Assembly: GCA_900556935.1 (NCBI GenBank)
Contig: USQL01000001.1
Location: 1 to 60,041, forward strand
Direction: 5' to 3'
From: an uncultured Eubacteriales bacterium
Lineage (GTDB): Bacteria > Bacillota > Clostridia > Oscillospirales > Oscillospiraceae
DNA length: 60,041 nt
Of this stretch, positions 45,847 to 55,071 are shown piece by piece. The position numbers and the translations under genes were made by a program. The notes below the pieces were generated by a model. The model ran no database searches. It saw nothing but the letters and a program-made list of their open reading frames with translations, and had not been told where the DNA came from. Within the stretch, counting starts at the first letter, position 1; every line of letters starts with the position of its first letter.

Positions 45847-46545
45847 ATGGGAAAAGACGTAATTGTCGCCTGTGATTTTTCCAGTGCGGCGGAGACCTTC
45901 GCGTTCCTGGACAAGTTCACCGGCAGAAAGCCCTTTGTAAAAATCGGCATGGAGCTGTACTATGCCGAGGGCCCGGAAATTGTCCGGCAGATTAAGGCCC
46001 GGGGCCACAAGATTTTCCTGGACTTAAAGCTCCATGACATTCCCAACACCGTAAAGAAATCCATGGCCGTCCTGCGGAACCTGGATGTGGACATTACCAA
46101 CCTCCACGCCGCCGGTACCACCGCCATGATGAAGGCCGCCCTGGAGGGCCTCACCCGGCCCGACGGCACCCGGCCCCTGCTGATTGCCGTCACCCAGCTG
46201 ACCTCCACCGACCAGGAGGCCATGGAGCGGGACCTGATGATCCACGCCCCCATGGACGAGGTGGTCATGCACTACGCCGAGACCGCCAAGAACGCGGGCC
46301 TGGACGGCGTGGTCTGCTCCCCCCTGGAGGCGGAAAAAGTCCACAGCCGCTGTGGAAAGAATTTCCTCACCGTCACCCCCGGTGTTCGCTTTGCCGACGG
46401 GGACATCGGTGACCAGAAGCGGGTCATGACCCCCGCCGCCGCCAAGGCCATTGGCTCGGACTACATTGTAGTGGGCCGCCCCATCACCGCCGCGGCAGAC
46501 CCGGTGGCCGCCTATGAGCGGTGCGTGGCCGAATTCTGCGATTGA
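45847..46545 (+). CDS. pyrF: Orotidine-5'-phosphate decarboxylase
   Basis: DLKLHDIPNT, VTQLTS, TPGVR and VVGRPIT. Confidence 0.97.
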   Translation: MGKDVIVACDFSSAAETFAFLDKFTGRKPFVKIGMELYYAEGPEIVRQIKARGHKIFLDLKLHDIPNTVKKSMAVLRNLDVDITNLHAAGTTAMMKAALEGLTRPDGTRPLLIAVTQLTSTDQEAMERDLMIHAPMDEVVMHYAETAKNAGLDGVVCSPLEAEKVHSRCGKNFLTVTPGVRFADGDIGDQKRVMTPAAAKAIGSDYIVVGRPITAAADPVAAYERCVAEFCD

Positions 46546-46559
46546 TTGGAGGAACCTTT

Positions 46560-47216
46560 ATGGAAAGCTATAAAAGAGCGTTTATTCAGTTTCTGGAACA
46601 GGCCGGTGTGCTGAAATTCGGTGATTTCACCGCCAAGTCCGGCCGGAAGATTCCCTATTTTATCAACGCCGGTGAGATTAAAACCGGCGACGAAATCGCC
46701 ACCCTGGGCAAGTTCTACGCCCGGGCGTACCTGGAAAAGCTGGGCAAAAAGCAGACGGTTCTCTATGGCCCTGCCTACAAGGGCATCTCCATTGCCGTGT
46801 CCGCCGCCGTAGCCCTCAGCGAGGAGGGGCTGAACGTTCCCTTCTTCTTCAACCGGAAGGAAGCCAAGGACCACGGCGAGGGCGGCAGCTTCGTTGGCTA
46901 CGTGCCCAAGGCCGGGGAGGAAGTGGTCATCACCGAGGATGTGATTACCGCCGGTACTGCCATCCGGGAGAGCATGGCCCTTCTGGGGAAGCTCGAGGGT
47001 GTCAAGGTTGCCGCCACCTTCATCATGGTGGACCGCAAGGAGCGGGGCCAGGGTGAGAAGCTGGCCATGGAGGAAGTGGAGGAGGAATTCGGCTTCCCCG
47101 TGTACTCCGTGGTGGATGTGTATGACATCATCGAGTACCTGGAAGAGGACCCCAAGAACGAAGAGAACGTACAGCGCATCAAGGCCTATCTGGCCGTCAA
47201 TGGAGGCAAAGCATGA
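46560..47216 (+). CDS. pyrE: Orotate phosphoribosyltransferase
   Basis: [28 protein letters not shown] and EDVITAGT. Confidence 0.96.
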   Translation: MESYKRAFIQFLEQAGVLKFGDFTAKSGRKIPYFINAGEIKTGDEIATLGKFYARAYLEKLGKKQTVLYGPAYKGISIAVSAAVALSEEGLNVPFFFNRKEAKDHGEGGSFVGYVPKAGEEVVITEDVITAGTAIRESMALLGKLEGVKVAATFIMVDRKERGQGEKLAMEEVEEEFGFPVYSVVDVYDIIEYLEEDPKNEENVQRIKAYLAVNGGKA

Positions 47217-48295
47217 GAAGTCTCAATAGCATCCTGGACCTTTCCGTGGAGGAGCTGGACGGGCTCATTTCCACCGCCAAGGACATTATCGCGAATCCCG
47301 AAAAATACCGCGACAGCTGCAAGTACAAAAAGCTTGCCACATTGTTCTATGAGCCCTCCACCCGGACCCGGCTGAGCTTTGAGGCCGCCATGCTGGAGCT
47401 GGGCGGCAGCGTCCTGGGCTTCGCCTCCGCCAATTCCTCCTCCGCCGCCAAGGGCGAGAGCATGGCGGACACCGCCAAGATTATCAGCTGCTACGCCGAC
47501 ATTATGGCCATCCGCCACCCCAAGGACGGCGCTCCCTTCGTCGCCTCCCGGAACGCCTCCGTGCCCGTGATCAACGCCGGCGACGGGATGCACAACCATC
47601 CCACCCAGACACTGGCGGACCTTCTGACCATCTCCCGGGAGCTGGGTCGGCTGAACAACCTGACCATCGGCTTCTGCGGAGACCTGAAATACGGCCGCAC
47701 CGTTCACTCCCTGATTGAGGCCCTGAGCCGCTACACCGGCATCCGGGTGGTCCTCATCTCCCCGGAGGAGCTGAAGCTTCCCGGCTATGTAAAGTTCGGC
47801 GTTCTGGAAAAGAACGGCATCCCCTACCAGGAAGTCACCTCCCTGGAGGATGCCATGCCCAATTTGGACGTACTGTATATGACCCGCATCCAGCGGGAGC
47901 GGTTCTCGGACCCGGACGCCTACGCCCGGCTGAAGGACAGCTACATTCTGGACACCGAGAAAATGAAGCTTGCCAAGGAGCACATGTGCGTCCTGCACCC
48001 CCTGCCCCGGGTCAACGAAATCAGCGTCGGCGTGGATGATGACCCTCGGGCCGCCTACTTCCGCCAGGCCCTCAACGGAAAATACATGCGCATGGCCCTG
48101 ATCCTCATGCTCCTGAAGGAAGCAGAGGAGAATCCCGCCCGGGAGCCCATCGAAGGCGAGCTTCGCTACGACCTGGTGTGCCGCAACCCCCGCTGCATCT
48201 CCGCCACCGAGCAGGAACTCCCCCAGATTTTCCGCCTGACCGACAAGGCAGCCGGTATCCACCGCTGCATCTACTGCGAGCATATCGCAGAGTAA
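47213..48295 (+). CDS. pyrB: Aspartate carbamoyltransferase with fused C-terminal PyrI-like zinc domain
   Basis: [15 protein letters not shown] and HPLPRVNEI; tail CRNPRCIS...RCIYCE. Confidence 0.95.
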   Translation: MRSLNSILDLSVEELDGLISTAKDIIANPEKYRDSCKYKKLATLFYEPSTRTRLSFEAAMLELGGSVLGFASANSSSAAKGESMADTAKIISCYADIMAIRHPKDGAPFVASRNASVPVINAGDGMHNHPTQTLADLLTISRELGRLNNLTIGFCGDLKYGRTVHSLIEALSRYTGIRVVLISPEELKLPGYVKFGVLEKNGIPYQEVTSLEDAMPNLDVLYMTRIQRERFSDPDAYARLKDSYILDTEKMKLAKEHMCVLHPLPRVNEISVGVDDDPRAAYFRQALNGKYMRMALILMLLKEAEENPAREPIEGELRYDLVCRNPRCISATEQELPQIFRLTDKAAGIHRCIYCEHIAE

Positions 48296-48317
48296 ACAGG
48301 CCATTTGATATCAAAAA

Positions 48318-48421
48318 CCGTAGGGGCGGCAACCCTGCCGCCCGCTAACTAACGAAATTGTGCGCTTCATAAAGTCGCTCAGTCTCGGAACCTAGCGGGC
48401 GGCTGGTAGCCGCCCCTACGG
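48318..48421. repeat. GTAG-type REP pair (REPIN-like) after pyrB
   Basis: CCGTAGGGGCGGCAACCCTGCCGCCCGC ... GCGGGCGGCTGGTAGCCGCCCCTACGG. Confidence 0.82.
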
Positions 48422-48433
48422 TGTTTTTTTGTT

Positions 48434-49774
48434 TTACGCATACCCGTATTTCTTACGGTTCGCCAGGATGAAGCTCAGGCAGACAAGCAATGCGCAGGCC
48501 TCGGAGGCGAAGGTTGCCAGCCACAGACCGTCGATGCCCAGAATGGCCGGTATCATAAGGATGGCGGCAATCTGCAAAATCAGCGTCCGCAGGAAGGAAA
48601 TGGCGGCGGAGACCGTGCCGTCGTTCAGGGCCGTGAACATAGAGGAGGTAAAGATATTCAGTCCCACACAGAGGAATGCCGGACTGTAGAGCCGGAAGGC
48701 ATGGACCGTCAGTTCATAGAGCCCCGCGTCATACCCCACAAAGAGCCTGGAAAAAGGCCCGGACAGGAAAAATGCCCCCACGCTCATAGCAACGCCGGTA
48801 ATCACCATGAGCGCAATACTTTTGCGGAACATATTCTGCATCTCGCCCTTGTTCTGCGCTCCAAAATGATAGCTGATAATGGGGGCGGAGCCGATGGCAT
48901 AGCCAACGAACATGGCGATAAAGAAGAAGCCCACATACATAATCACCCCGTAGGCGGAAACCCCGTCCTCGCCCAGGAATTTGAGCAGCTGGAAATTATA
49001 GACCATGGCGGAGATGGAGCCGGAGATATTGGTCATCAGCTCCGAAGCGCCGTTGCCGCAGGCCTGCAGCAATGGCTGCGCTTCCAGCCTGACAAGGCCA
49101 AAATGCAGGGCGCTGCCGTTATTCTTATTCAGGAAGAACACCAGGGGAATCACCGCGCCCACGGTCTGGCTCAGGCCCGTGGCCAGGGCCGCGCCCGCCA
49201 CGCCCCAGCGCAGCGCGCCCACAAAAAGGGCATCCAGCACCATATTGGTAAGCCCCGCGCTCACCGTGGCTGCAAGCCCCAGCCGGGGCTTTTCCGCGGC
49301 AATCAGGAAGCTTTGGAACACGTTCTGGAACATAAACGCGGTGTTAAAGGCGATGACAATCCGTCCATAGAGCACGCAGTCGGCCATCATCTCCTCGGTG
49401 GCACCCAGGGCTCTGGCAATGGGCTCCATAAAGACAAGACCAGCGGTGGTCAGGCCCACGCCAAGAATCAGGGTCAGCTCCACCATCATGGAGAAATACC
49501 GCAGCGCCTTGTCCCGTTCCCCGGCCCCTAAGCACCGGGAGACCAGCGCCGTACCGCCGGTGCCGATCATAAAGCCCACGCCGCCTAAAATCTGCAAAAA
49601 CGGCCAGATGAGGTTCAGGGCGGCGAAGGCGGTCTTCCCCGCGAAATTGGAGATAAAGAACCCGTCCACCACAGTGTAGATGGAGGTAAAGACCATCATC
49701 ACAATGGAGGGCAGGGTAAACCGCAGAAGCCTTCCGTAGGTAAAGTGGTCAGATAGTTGAATTTTCGTTTTCAT
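48434..49774 (-). CDS. MATE family efflux transporter
   Basis: FTLPSIVMMVFTSIYTVVDG, NMVLDALF and GAALATG. Confidence 0.92.
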   Translation of the reverse strand: MKTKIQLSDHFTYGRLLRFTLPSIVMMVFTSIYTVVDGFFISNFAGKTAFAALNLIWPFLQILGGVGFMIGTGGTALVSRCLGAGERDKALRYFSMMVELTLILGVGLTTAGLVFMEPIARALGATEEMMADCVLYGRIVIAFNTAFMFQNVFQSFLIAAEKPRLGLAATVSAGLTNMVLDALFVGALRWGVAGAALATGLSQTVGAVIPLVFFLNKNNGSALHFGLVRLEAQPLLQACGNGASELMTNISGSISAMVYNFQLLKFLGEDGVSAYGVIMYVGFFFIAMFVGYAIGSAPIISYHFGAQNKGEMQNMFRKSIALMVITGVAMSVGAFFLSGPFSRLFVGYDAGLYELTVHAFRLYSPAFLCVGLNIFTSSMFTALNDGTVSAAISFLRTLILQIAAILMIPAILGIDGLWLATFASEACALLVCLSFILANRKKYGYA

Positions 49775-49861
49775 TTTTTCCTTTCCGTCCCGGAGCATGG
49801 AGTTCCCATGGCGGAGATATTATTTCCGCATTGCCGTATTTTTCGGGCAATGCGGAATTTT

Positions 49862-51394
49862 TCACTTCACTTCGTTTAAATATCTGGTAATGCAGTACAA
49901 GGTCTGGCCCTCATACTCCACCCGTGACCAGCCCACGTCCCGGTTGATGCCGGTGCGCTTGACCGTGTCCTCACTTGTGATGGTGGCAACCACCTTGCAG
50001 TCCGGGTCCTCCACTGAGGGAAGAGAGCGGAGATTGACCTTTTCCTTGGGGGCTACGAAGTCGTTTACCTCCTCAAACTGGGTCTTGATCTCCCCGGAGT
50101 CCTGGTCTACCGCCTTGCCGTTTTCGTCCGCGATGCTTAAATAGCTGGAAACGGCGTAGCACAGGATGTTGTTGTACTCAATCCGGGACCAACCGTTGGT
50201 GCTGATGCCGGTACGACGGGCAATCTGTCCGTTTTTCAGCACCGCCACCACCTGGGATTCCGGGTTATCCACCGACGGAATGGAGCGCAGATTTACCTCC
50301 ACCTTAGCCGTCACCGTATCGTTGGCGGTTTCAAACTGGGTTTGCAGCCCGTCGGAGTCCCCCTGGGCCGTGGCAGGGTCATAGTCTAGGTCCGTTGTCA
50401 GGTAGTTGGTCACGGCGTAGCAGGTCTTTCCCTGGTATTCCAGCCTGGACCAGCCGCTGGGGCTGGTGGCAGTCCGCAGAGCCGTGTCACCGTTGAGCAG
50501 GGTAAAGAGCACCACGCTGCCCTCTCCCTGGTCCGGGATGCTGCGCAGGTTGGTCTTTTCCTTGGCGGTGACGGTCTCCTCCACCTCGGTAAAGCTCATC
50601 AGCGCCTCCGGGTCCGGCCCCACCTCCTCCGGCGGCTCCGAATCCTTGGCGGGCTCGATGCCGTCGTAACCAAAATAGGCAAGGTTCATATCAATGGGCT
50701 GGCTCAGACCGCTGACAATGGCGTTCTTGGTAAACTGCCACATATCGTGCTTCCCCTCGTAGCTGGAGGCGTGGGTCTGGGGATAGGGCTGGGCCGGGTA
50801 CTGGGCCACCCAGATTTTGTAGTGCTTTTCGATGCGCTCCGTCTCCCAGGCATCCTCCAGCTCGCTTTTGGAGGCGTAGAACATGCCGGTGTAGCCCAGC
50901 TTTTCAATGGCTTTTAAGAATGCCAGGGCCACATCCGTGCGCTCGGCCTTGGTCATATCCTTCTGGCGGCTGTCCGCCTCCTGGAAGCCCTCACAGTCAT
51001 AGACAATGGGATAGGTAATGGGATATTTGGCGACCAAATCCGCCACCCACTGGGCCTCCTCCCTGGCCTCCTCCGCGTCAATCGCGGTGGAGAAGAAGTA
51101 GCCGCCCATGGGGATGCCCGCCTTGCTGCCCTCCTGGAGATTGTAGCGGGCGTTGGAATCCTCCACAATGGCCCCATCCTTGGCGGTTCGATAGCCGAGC
51201 CTGACCATGGCGAATTTCGCCCCGGCCCCGGCAAGGCCCACCCAGTCTATGGTCCCCTGGTATTTGGCCACATCCACGCCCATATAGACCCCCGCAGCCT
51301 CCTTGGTCTTCCGCCCGTTTCCGCAGGCGGAAAGCCCCAATAGCAGCGCTCCCGCCAAAAGGGCCGAAAGGGCACGTTTGATTGTATCTTTCAT
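49862..51394 (-). CDS. Lipoprotein GH25 muramidase with three C-terminal SH3b-like repeats
   Basis: Lipobox LSAC; GVDVAKYQG, YDCE, WVAQY and MWQFT; three TAK..NLRSIP...GWSR.EY repeats. Confidence 0.9.
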   Translation of the reverse strand: MKDTIKRALSALLAGALLLGLSACGNGRKTKEAAGVYMGVDVAKYQGTIDWVGLAGAGAKFAMVRLGYRTAKDGAIVEDSNARYNLQEGSKAGIPMGGYFFSTAIDAEEAREEAQWVADLVAKYPITYPIVYDCEGFQEADSRQKDMTKAERTDVALAFLKAIEKLGYTGMFYASKSELEDAWETERIEKHYKIWVAQYPAQPYPQTHASSYEGKHDMWQFTKNAIVSGLSQPIDMNLAYFGYDGIEPAKDSEPPEEVGPDPEALMSFTEVEETVTAKEKTNLRSIPDQGEGSVVLFTLLNGDTALRTATSPSGWSRLEYQGKTCYAVTNYLTTDLDYDPATAQGDSDGLQTQFETANDTVTAKVEVNLRSIPSVDNPESQVVAVLKNGQIARRTGISTNGWSRIEYNNILCYAVSSYLSIADENGKAVDQDSGEIKTQFEEVNDFVAPKEKVNLRSLPSVEDPDCKVVATITSEDTVKRTGINRDVGWSRVEYEGQTLYCITRYLNEVK

Positions 51395-51485
51395 ATGTTT
51401 TTTCCTCTATATCCGTCTTCGGTTTTTCTTTTCCATCATACCATAACTTTCCCATTTCGTAAAGCCGGGGAAAACCAGAAATTCA

Positions 51486-51539
51486 TTCACAGTTTATTCT
51501 TATTTCATTCAGATTGGTTTCAGGTTTGTCTACTATAAT
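51486..51539 (+). promoter_or_regulatory. Four direct repeats at 11-bp spacing plus a -10 box (OmpR/PhoB-type activator site)
   Basis: TTCACA(51486), TTCTTA(51497), TTCAGA(51508), TTCAGG(51519), then TATAAT(51534). Confidence 0.6.
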
Positions 51540-51574
51540 AAATGCAATTTATTTTGAATCTTGGAGGTATCTCT

Positions 51575-53191
51575 ATGGCCAAACCAACCAAAGCCCAAAA
51601 GCGGAAGCGCATCGTGCAGCGGGTGATTGCCGTTGTCGCCGTGGTACTGGTCGCGCTGCTTGCGGGAACGCTTTATGTCCGCCGCAAGGTCCAGCGCTCC
51701 GTCACCGCCCAAAGCGGCAGCAACATCAAGTCCGCCACCGTCACCACCGGCTCCATCAAGGCCACCGTCTCCGGCTCCGGCACCCTGGTGTGTGAAGACG
51801 TGGTAGATCTGACGGTGCCCTCCACCGTTAAGGTGGAAAAACTCCATGTGGAGCAGGGTGATACCGTCACCAAGGGCACCCTGCTGGCAAGCGTCAACAG
51901 CAGCACCGTACTCACCACCCTGTCCAGCGTCCAGGACAGCATGGACGATTTGGACGACGACCTGCAGTCCGCCAGCCGGGATACCGTCAGCTCCACTGTC
52001 AAGGCCGGTGTAGCCGGACGGGTCAAGGCCATCTACGCTCAGGCAGACGACAACGTGGCCGATGTCATGTACCAGCACGGCTGCCTTGCGGAGCTGTCTA
52101 TGGACGGCTTTCTTGCCCTGGATGTGGAAGCCGGTTCCCTCAAGCAGGGGGAAGCCGTTACCGTCACTACCTCTGACGGGCAGGAATGGGAGGGCACCGT
52201 GGATGCCGTGACCTCCACCACCGCCACCGTTCTCATCACCGACGACGGCCCCCTGGTGGACGATACCGCCAAGGTCGGCTCTCTGGAAGGGACGCTTTAC
52301 ATCCATTCTCCCCTGAAGGTCACGGGCTACGCCGGTACGGTAAGCTACGTCTCCGCCAAGGAAAACGCCAAGGTCTACGCCAGTACCTCCCTGTTTACTC
52401 TGAAAGATACCTCCGATTCCGCCAAATATAACCAGCTGCTGGAAAGCCGGGCCGACTACGAGGAGCTCTACCAGAAGCTTGTAAAGCTCTATAAGGACGG
52501 CGGACTGGTCGCTGAGCAGGACGGCATCGTTGAAACCCTGGTTGACCTGGACGAGGTCACCGTAGGCACCGACCCCCTGACCGACACCACCCTGGCCACC
52601 CTGGACCCGGGCACCAATATGTCCGTCACCGTGTCCGTTGACGAAACCGACATTCTGTCCCTGGCCGTGGGCCAGGAGGTCAGCCTGACCGTGGAATCCA
52701 TCGGCGAGGACACCTACACCGGCACCGTCTCCGAAATCGACACCACCGGCGACAGCGGAGCCTACCCCGTCAAGATTCTTCTGTCCAAGCAGCCCGGTAT
52801 GCTCTCCGGCATGACCGCCAAGGCGGAGGTCACCATCCAGGGCGTGGAAAATGCCCTGCTGGTGCCCAACGATGCCATCCGCAAAACCAGCACCACCGCC
52901 TATGTCTACACCGCCTACGATACGGAAACCGACACTCTGGGCGGCATGACCGAAATCACCCTGGGCCTCACCAACGGCACCTATACGGAGGTCACCGCGG
53001 GACTTCACGAGGGCGACACCGTGTACTATACCCCCAAGGAGCAGACCTTTACCTTCGGCGGCATGACCTTTACCACCTCCGGGGACTTTCCCGGCATGAG
53101 CGGTATGTCTGACGGCGGCGGCCGTGGGGACAAGGGCGGCAGGCCCTCCGACATGGGCGGAATGAGCGCCATGCCCGGCATGGGCGGTTAA
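51575..53191 (+). CDS. Membrane fusion/periplasmic adaptor protein (HlyD/MacA/YknX-like) 1
   Basis: N-terminal TM, VEQGDTVTKG lipoyl-like motif, VDETDI and GMTA...ENALLVP; Gly/Met-rich tail. Confidence 0.85.
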   Translation: MAKPTKAQKRKRIVQRVIAVVAVVLVALLAGTLYVRRKVQRSVTAQSGSNIKSATVTTGSIKATVSGSGTLVCEDVVDLTVPSTVKVEKLHVEQGDTVTKGTLLASVNSSTVLTTLSSVQDSMDDLDDDLQSASRDTVSSTVKAGVAGRVKAIYAQADDNVADVMYQHGCLAELSMDGFLALDVEAGSLKQGEAVTVTTSDGQEWEGTVDAVTSTTATVLITDDGPLVDDTAKVGSLEGTLYIHSPLKVTGYAGTVSYVSAKENAKVYASTSLFTLKDTSDSAKYNQLLESRADYEELYQKLVKLYKDGGLVAEQDGIVETLVDLDEVTVGTDPLTDTTLATLDPGTNMSVTVSVDETDILSLAVGQEVSLTVESIGEDTYTGTVSEIDTTGDSGAYPVKILLSKQPGMLSGMTAKAEVTIQGVENALLVPNDAIRKTSTTAYVYTAYDTETDTLGGMTEITLGLTNGTYTEVTAGLHEGDTVYYTPKEQTFTFGGMTFTTSGDFPGMSGMSDGGGRGDKGGRPSDMGGMSAMPGMGG

Positions 53192-53201
53192 GGAGGCTCC
53201 T

Positions 53202-53873
53202 ATGATTGACCTGAAGAATATCTCCCGGGTCTATCAGATTGGCTCTGAAAAGGTCTACGCCCTGAACAAAGCCAATCTGCACATCGACCCCGGTGAATTT
53301 GTCAGCATCATCGGCCCCTCGGGCTCCGGCAAATCCACCCTGATGAACATCATCGGATGCCTGGATACCGCCGACTCCGGCACCTATCTTTTGGACGGCA
53401 CCCCCATTGAGGACTATACGGAAAACCAGCTGGCCCGGATTCGGAACCGGAAAATCGGCTTTGTCTTCCAGAGCTTCAACCTGATTTCCAAGCTCACCGC
53501 GGAGGAAAACGTGGAGCTGCCCCTCATCTACCAGAAGGTACCCCGGGCAGAGCGGAAGGAACGGGTGGAAAAGGCCCTGGCCCGGGTGGACTTGCAAAAG
53601 CGGGCCAAACACCTGCCCACAGAGCTCTCCGGCGGCCAGCAGCAGCGGGTGGCCATCGCCCGGGCCATCGTCACAAAGCCCAGCCTCATCTTAGCCGACG
53701 AGCCCACAGGCAACCTGGACTCCAAGACCACCGTGGAAATCATGGATATTTTCCACGAGCTCCACGACGCGGGCAACACCATTGTATTAATCACCCACGA
53801 TGACGACGTGGCCAAGCAGGCCAGCCGCATCGTCAGAATCAAGGACGGACAGCTAACGGAGGTGGGCACATGA
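53202..53873 (+). CDS. ABC transporter ATP-binding protein (MacB/YknY-like)
   Basis: [17 protein letters not shown] and [11 protein letters not shown]. Confidence 0.95.
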   Translation: MIDLKNISRVYQIGSEKVYALNKANLHIDPGEFVSIIGPSGSGKSTLMNIIGCLDTADSGTYLLDGTPIEDYTENQLARIRNRKIGFVFQSFNLISKLTAEENVELPLIYQKVPRAERKERVEKALARVDLQKRAKHLPTELSGGQQQRVAIARAIVTKPSLILADEPTGNLDSKTTVEIMDIFHELHDAGNTIVLITHDDDVAKQASRIVRIKDGQLTEVGT

Positions 53874-55060
53874 TTCAGGCATTCAAAATGGCGATGAAGT
53901 CCATTTCCGGCAACAAGTTTCGGGCGTTTTTGACCATGCTGGGCATCATCATCGGCGTTATGGCCCTGGTGATTCTGGTGAGCCTGGTCTCCGGTGCCAC
54001 CGGCACGGTGACGGACACCATTTCCAGCCTGGGCAGCAACCTTTTAAGCGTCACCATTTCCGATGACAAGGGCGCTCCGGTCACCTTGACCACCCTGGAC
54101 GAATGGATGGCAGACCCCCAGATTGGTCTGGCAGCCCCCTCGGCCACCACCACCGCTACCGGAAAATATTCCTCTACCACCAAAACCGTCACGGTTTACG
54201 GCGCAACCCCGGCCTATGCCTCCATCAACGGCCAGAGCGTGCTGTTAGGCCGGTTCCTGACCCAGGCGGATGTGGAAAACCACACCAGCGTCTGCGTCAT
54301 TCCGGAGGAAACCGCCGAGGATATGGTGGGCTACACCGACTGCTTAGGGCAGGAGCTATCCCTGGACGGGATGAAATTTACCATTGTGGGCATTCTCAAG
54401 GACGACGACGAATCCCTCACCGGCATCCTGACCAAGAATTCCATGATGGCCTATATTCCCTACACCACCCTGATGCGCCTTTCCTCCACCGTCTCCACCA
54501 CCATTACCAGCTTCTCCGTCAGCGCCCCGGCGGACGGCAACATGACCTCCACGGAAAGCGCCATGAAGCAGCTGCTTTTGGAGCGCTTTGACAACGACGA
54601 GGATGCCTTCTCCCTGCTGTCCCAGAACATGCTGGAGGATGCCATGAGCTCCGTTACCGGCATCTTGACAGTGTTACTCGGCGGCATCGCCGCCATCTCC
54701 CTGATTGTGGGCGGCATTGGCATTATGAATATCATGCTGGTCACCGTCACCGAGCGAACCCGGGAAATCGGCATCCGGAAGGCCATCGGTGCCGGCCGGG
54801 GTGTGATTTTGCAGCAGTTCCTGCTGGAAAGCGTGGTCCTGTGTATGATTGGCTGCGCCATCGGTGTGTTCCTTTCCTGGGTAGTGCTGCGGCTGATTTC
54901 CGTGATGGTGGCCAGCATGGGCATCTCCTTTGCCCTGGAATGGGGCGTTGTGGCCATCGCTGTGGCGTTCTGCTTTGCCATCGGCGTGATTTTCGGCCTG
55001 TACCCCGCCAACAAGGCCGCAAAGCTGCCCCCCATCGAAGCCCTGCACTACGGCGGCTAA
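53870..55060 (+). CDS. MacB/YknZ-like ABC permease
   Basis: [38 protein letters not shown] and YPANKAA. Confidence 0.94.
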   Translation: MIQAFKMAMKSISGNKFRAFLTMLGIIIGVMALVILVSLVSGATGTVTDTISSLGSNLLSVTISDDKGAPVTLTTLDEWMADPQIGLAAPSATTTATGKYSSTTKTVTVYGATPAYASINGQSVLLGRFLTQADVENHTSVCVIPEETAEDMVGYTDCLGQELSLDGMKFTIVGILKDDDESLTGILTKNSMMAYIPYTTLMRLSSTVSTTITSFSVSAPADGNMTSTESAMKQLLLERFDNDEDAFSLLSQNMLEDAMSSVTGILTVLLGGIAAISLIVGGIGIMNIMLVTVTERTREIGIRKAIGAGRGVILQQFLLESVVLCMIGCAIGVFLSWVVLRLISVMVASMGISFALEWGVVAIAVAFCFAIGVIFGLYPANKAAKLPPIEALHYGG

Positions 55061-55071
55061 GGAGGTAAACC

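Noticed and set aside
49862..51394. Prophage endolysin
   Set aside because: It has a lipoprotein signal, and no holin, integrase or structural phage genes are in the window.
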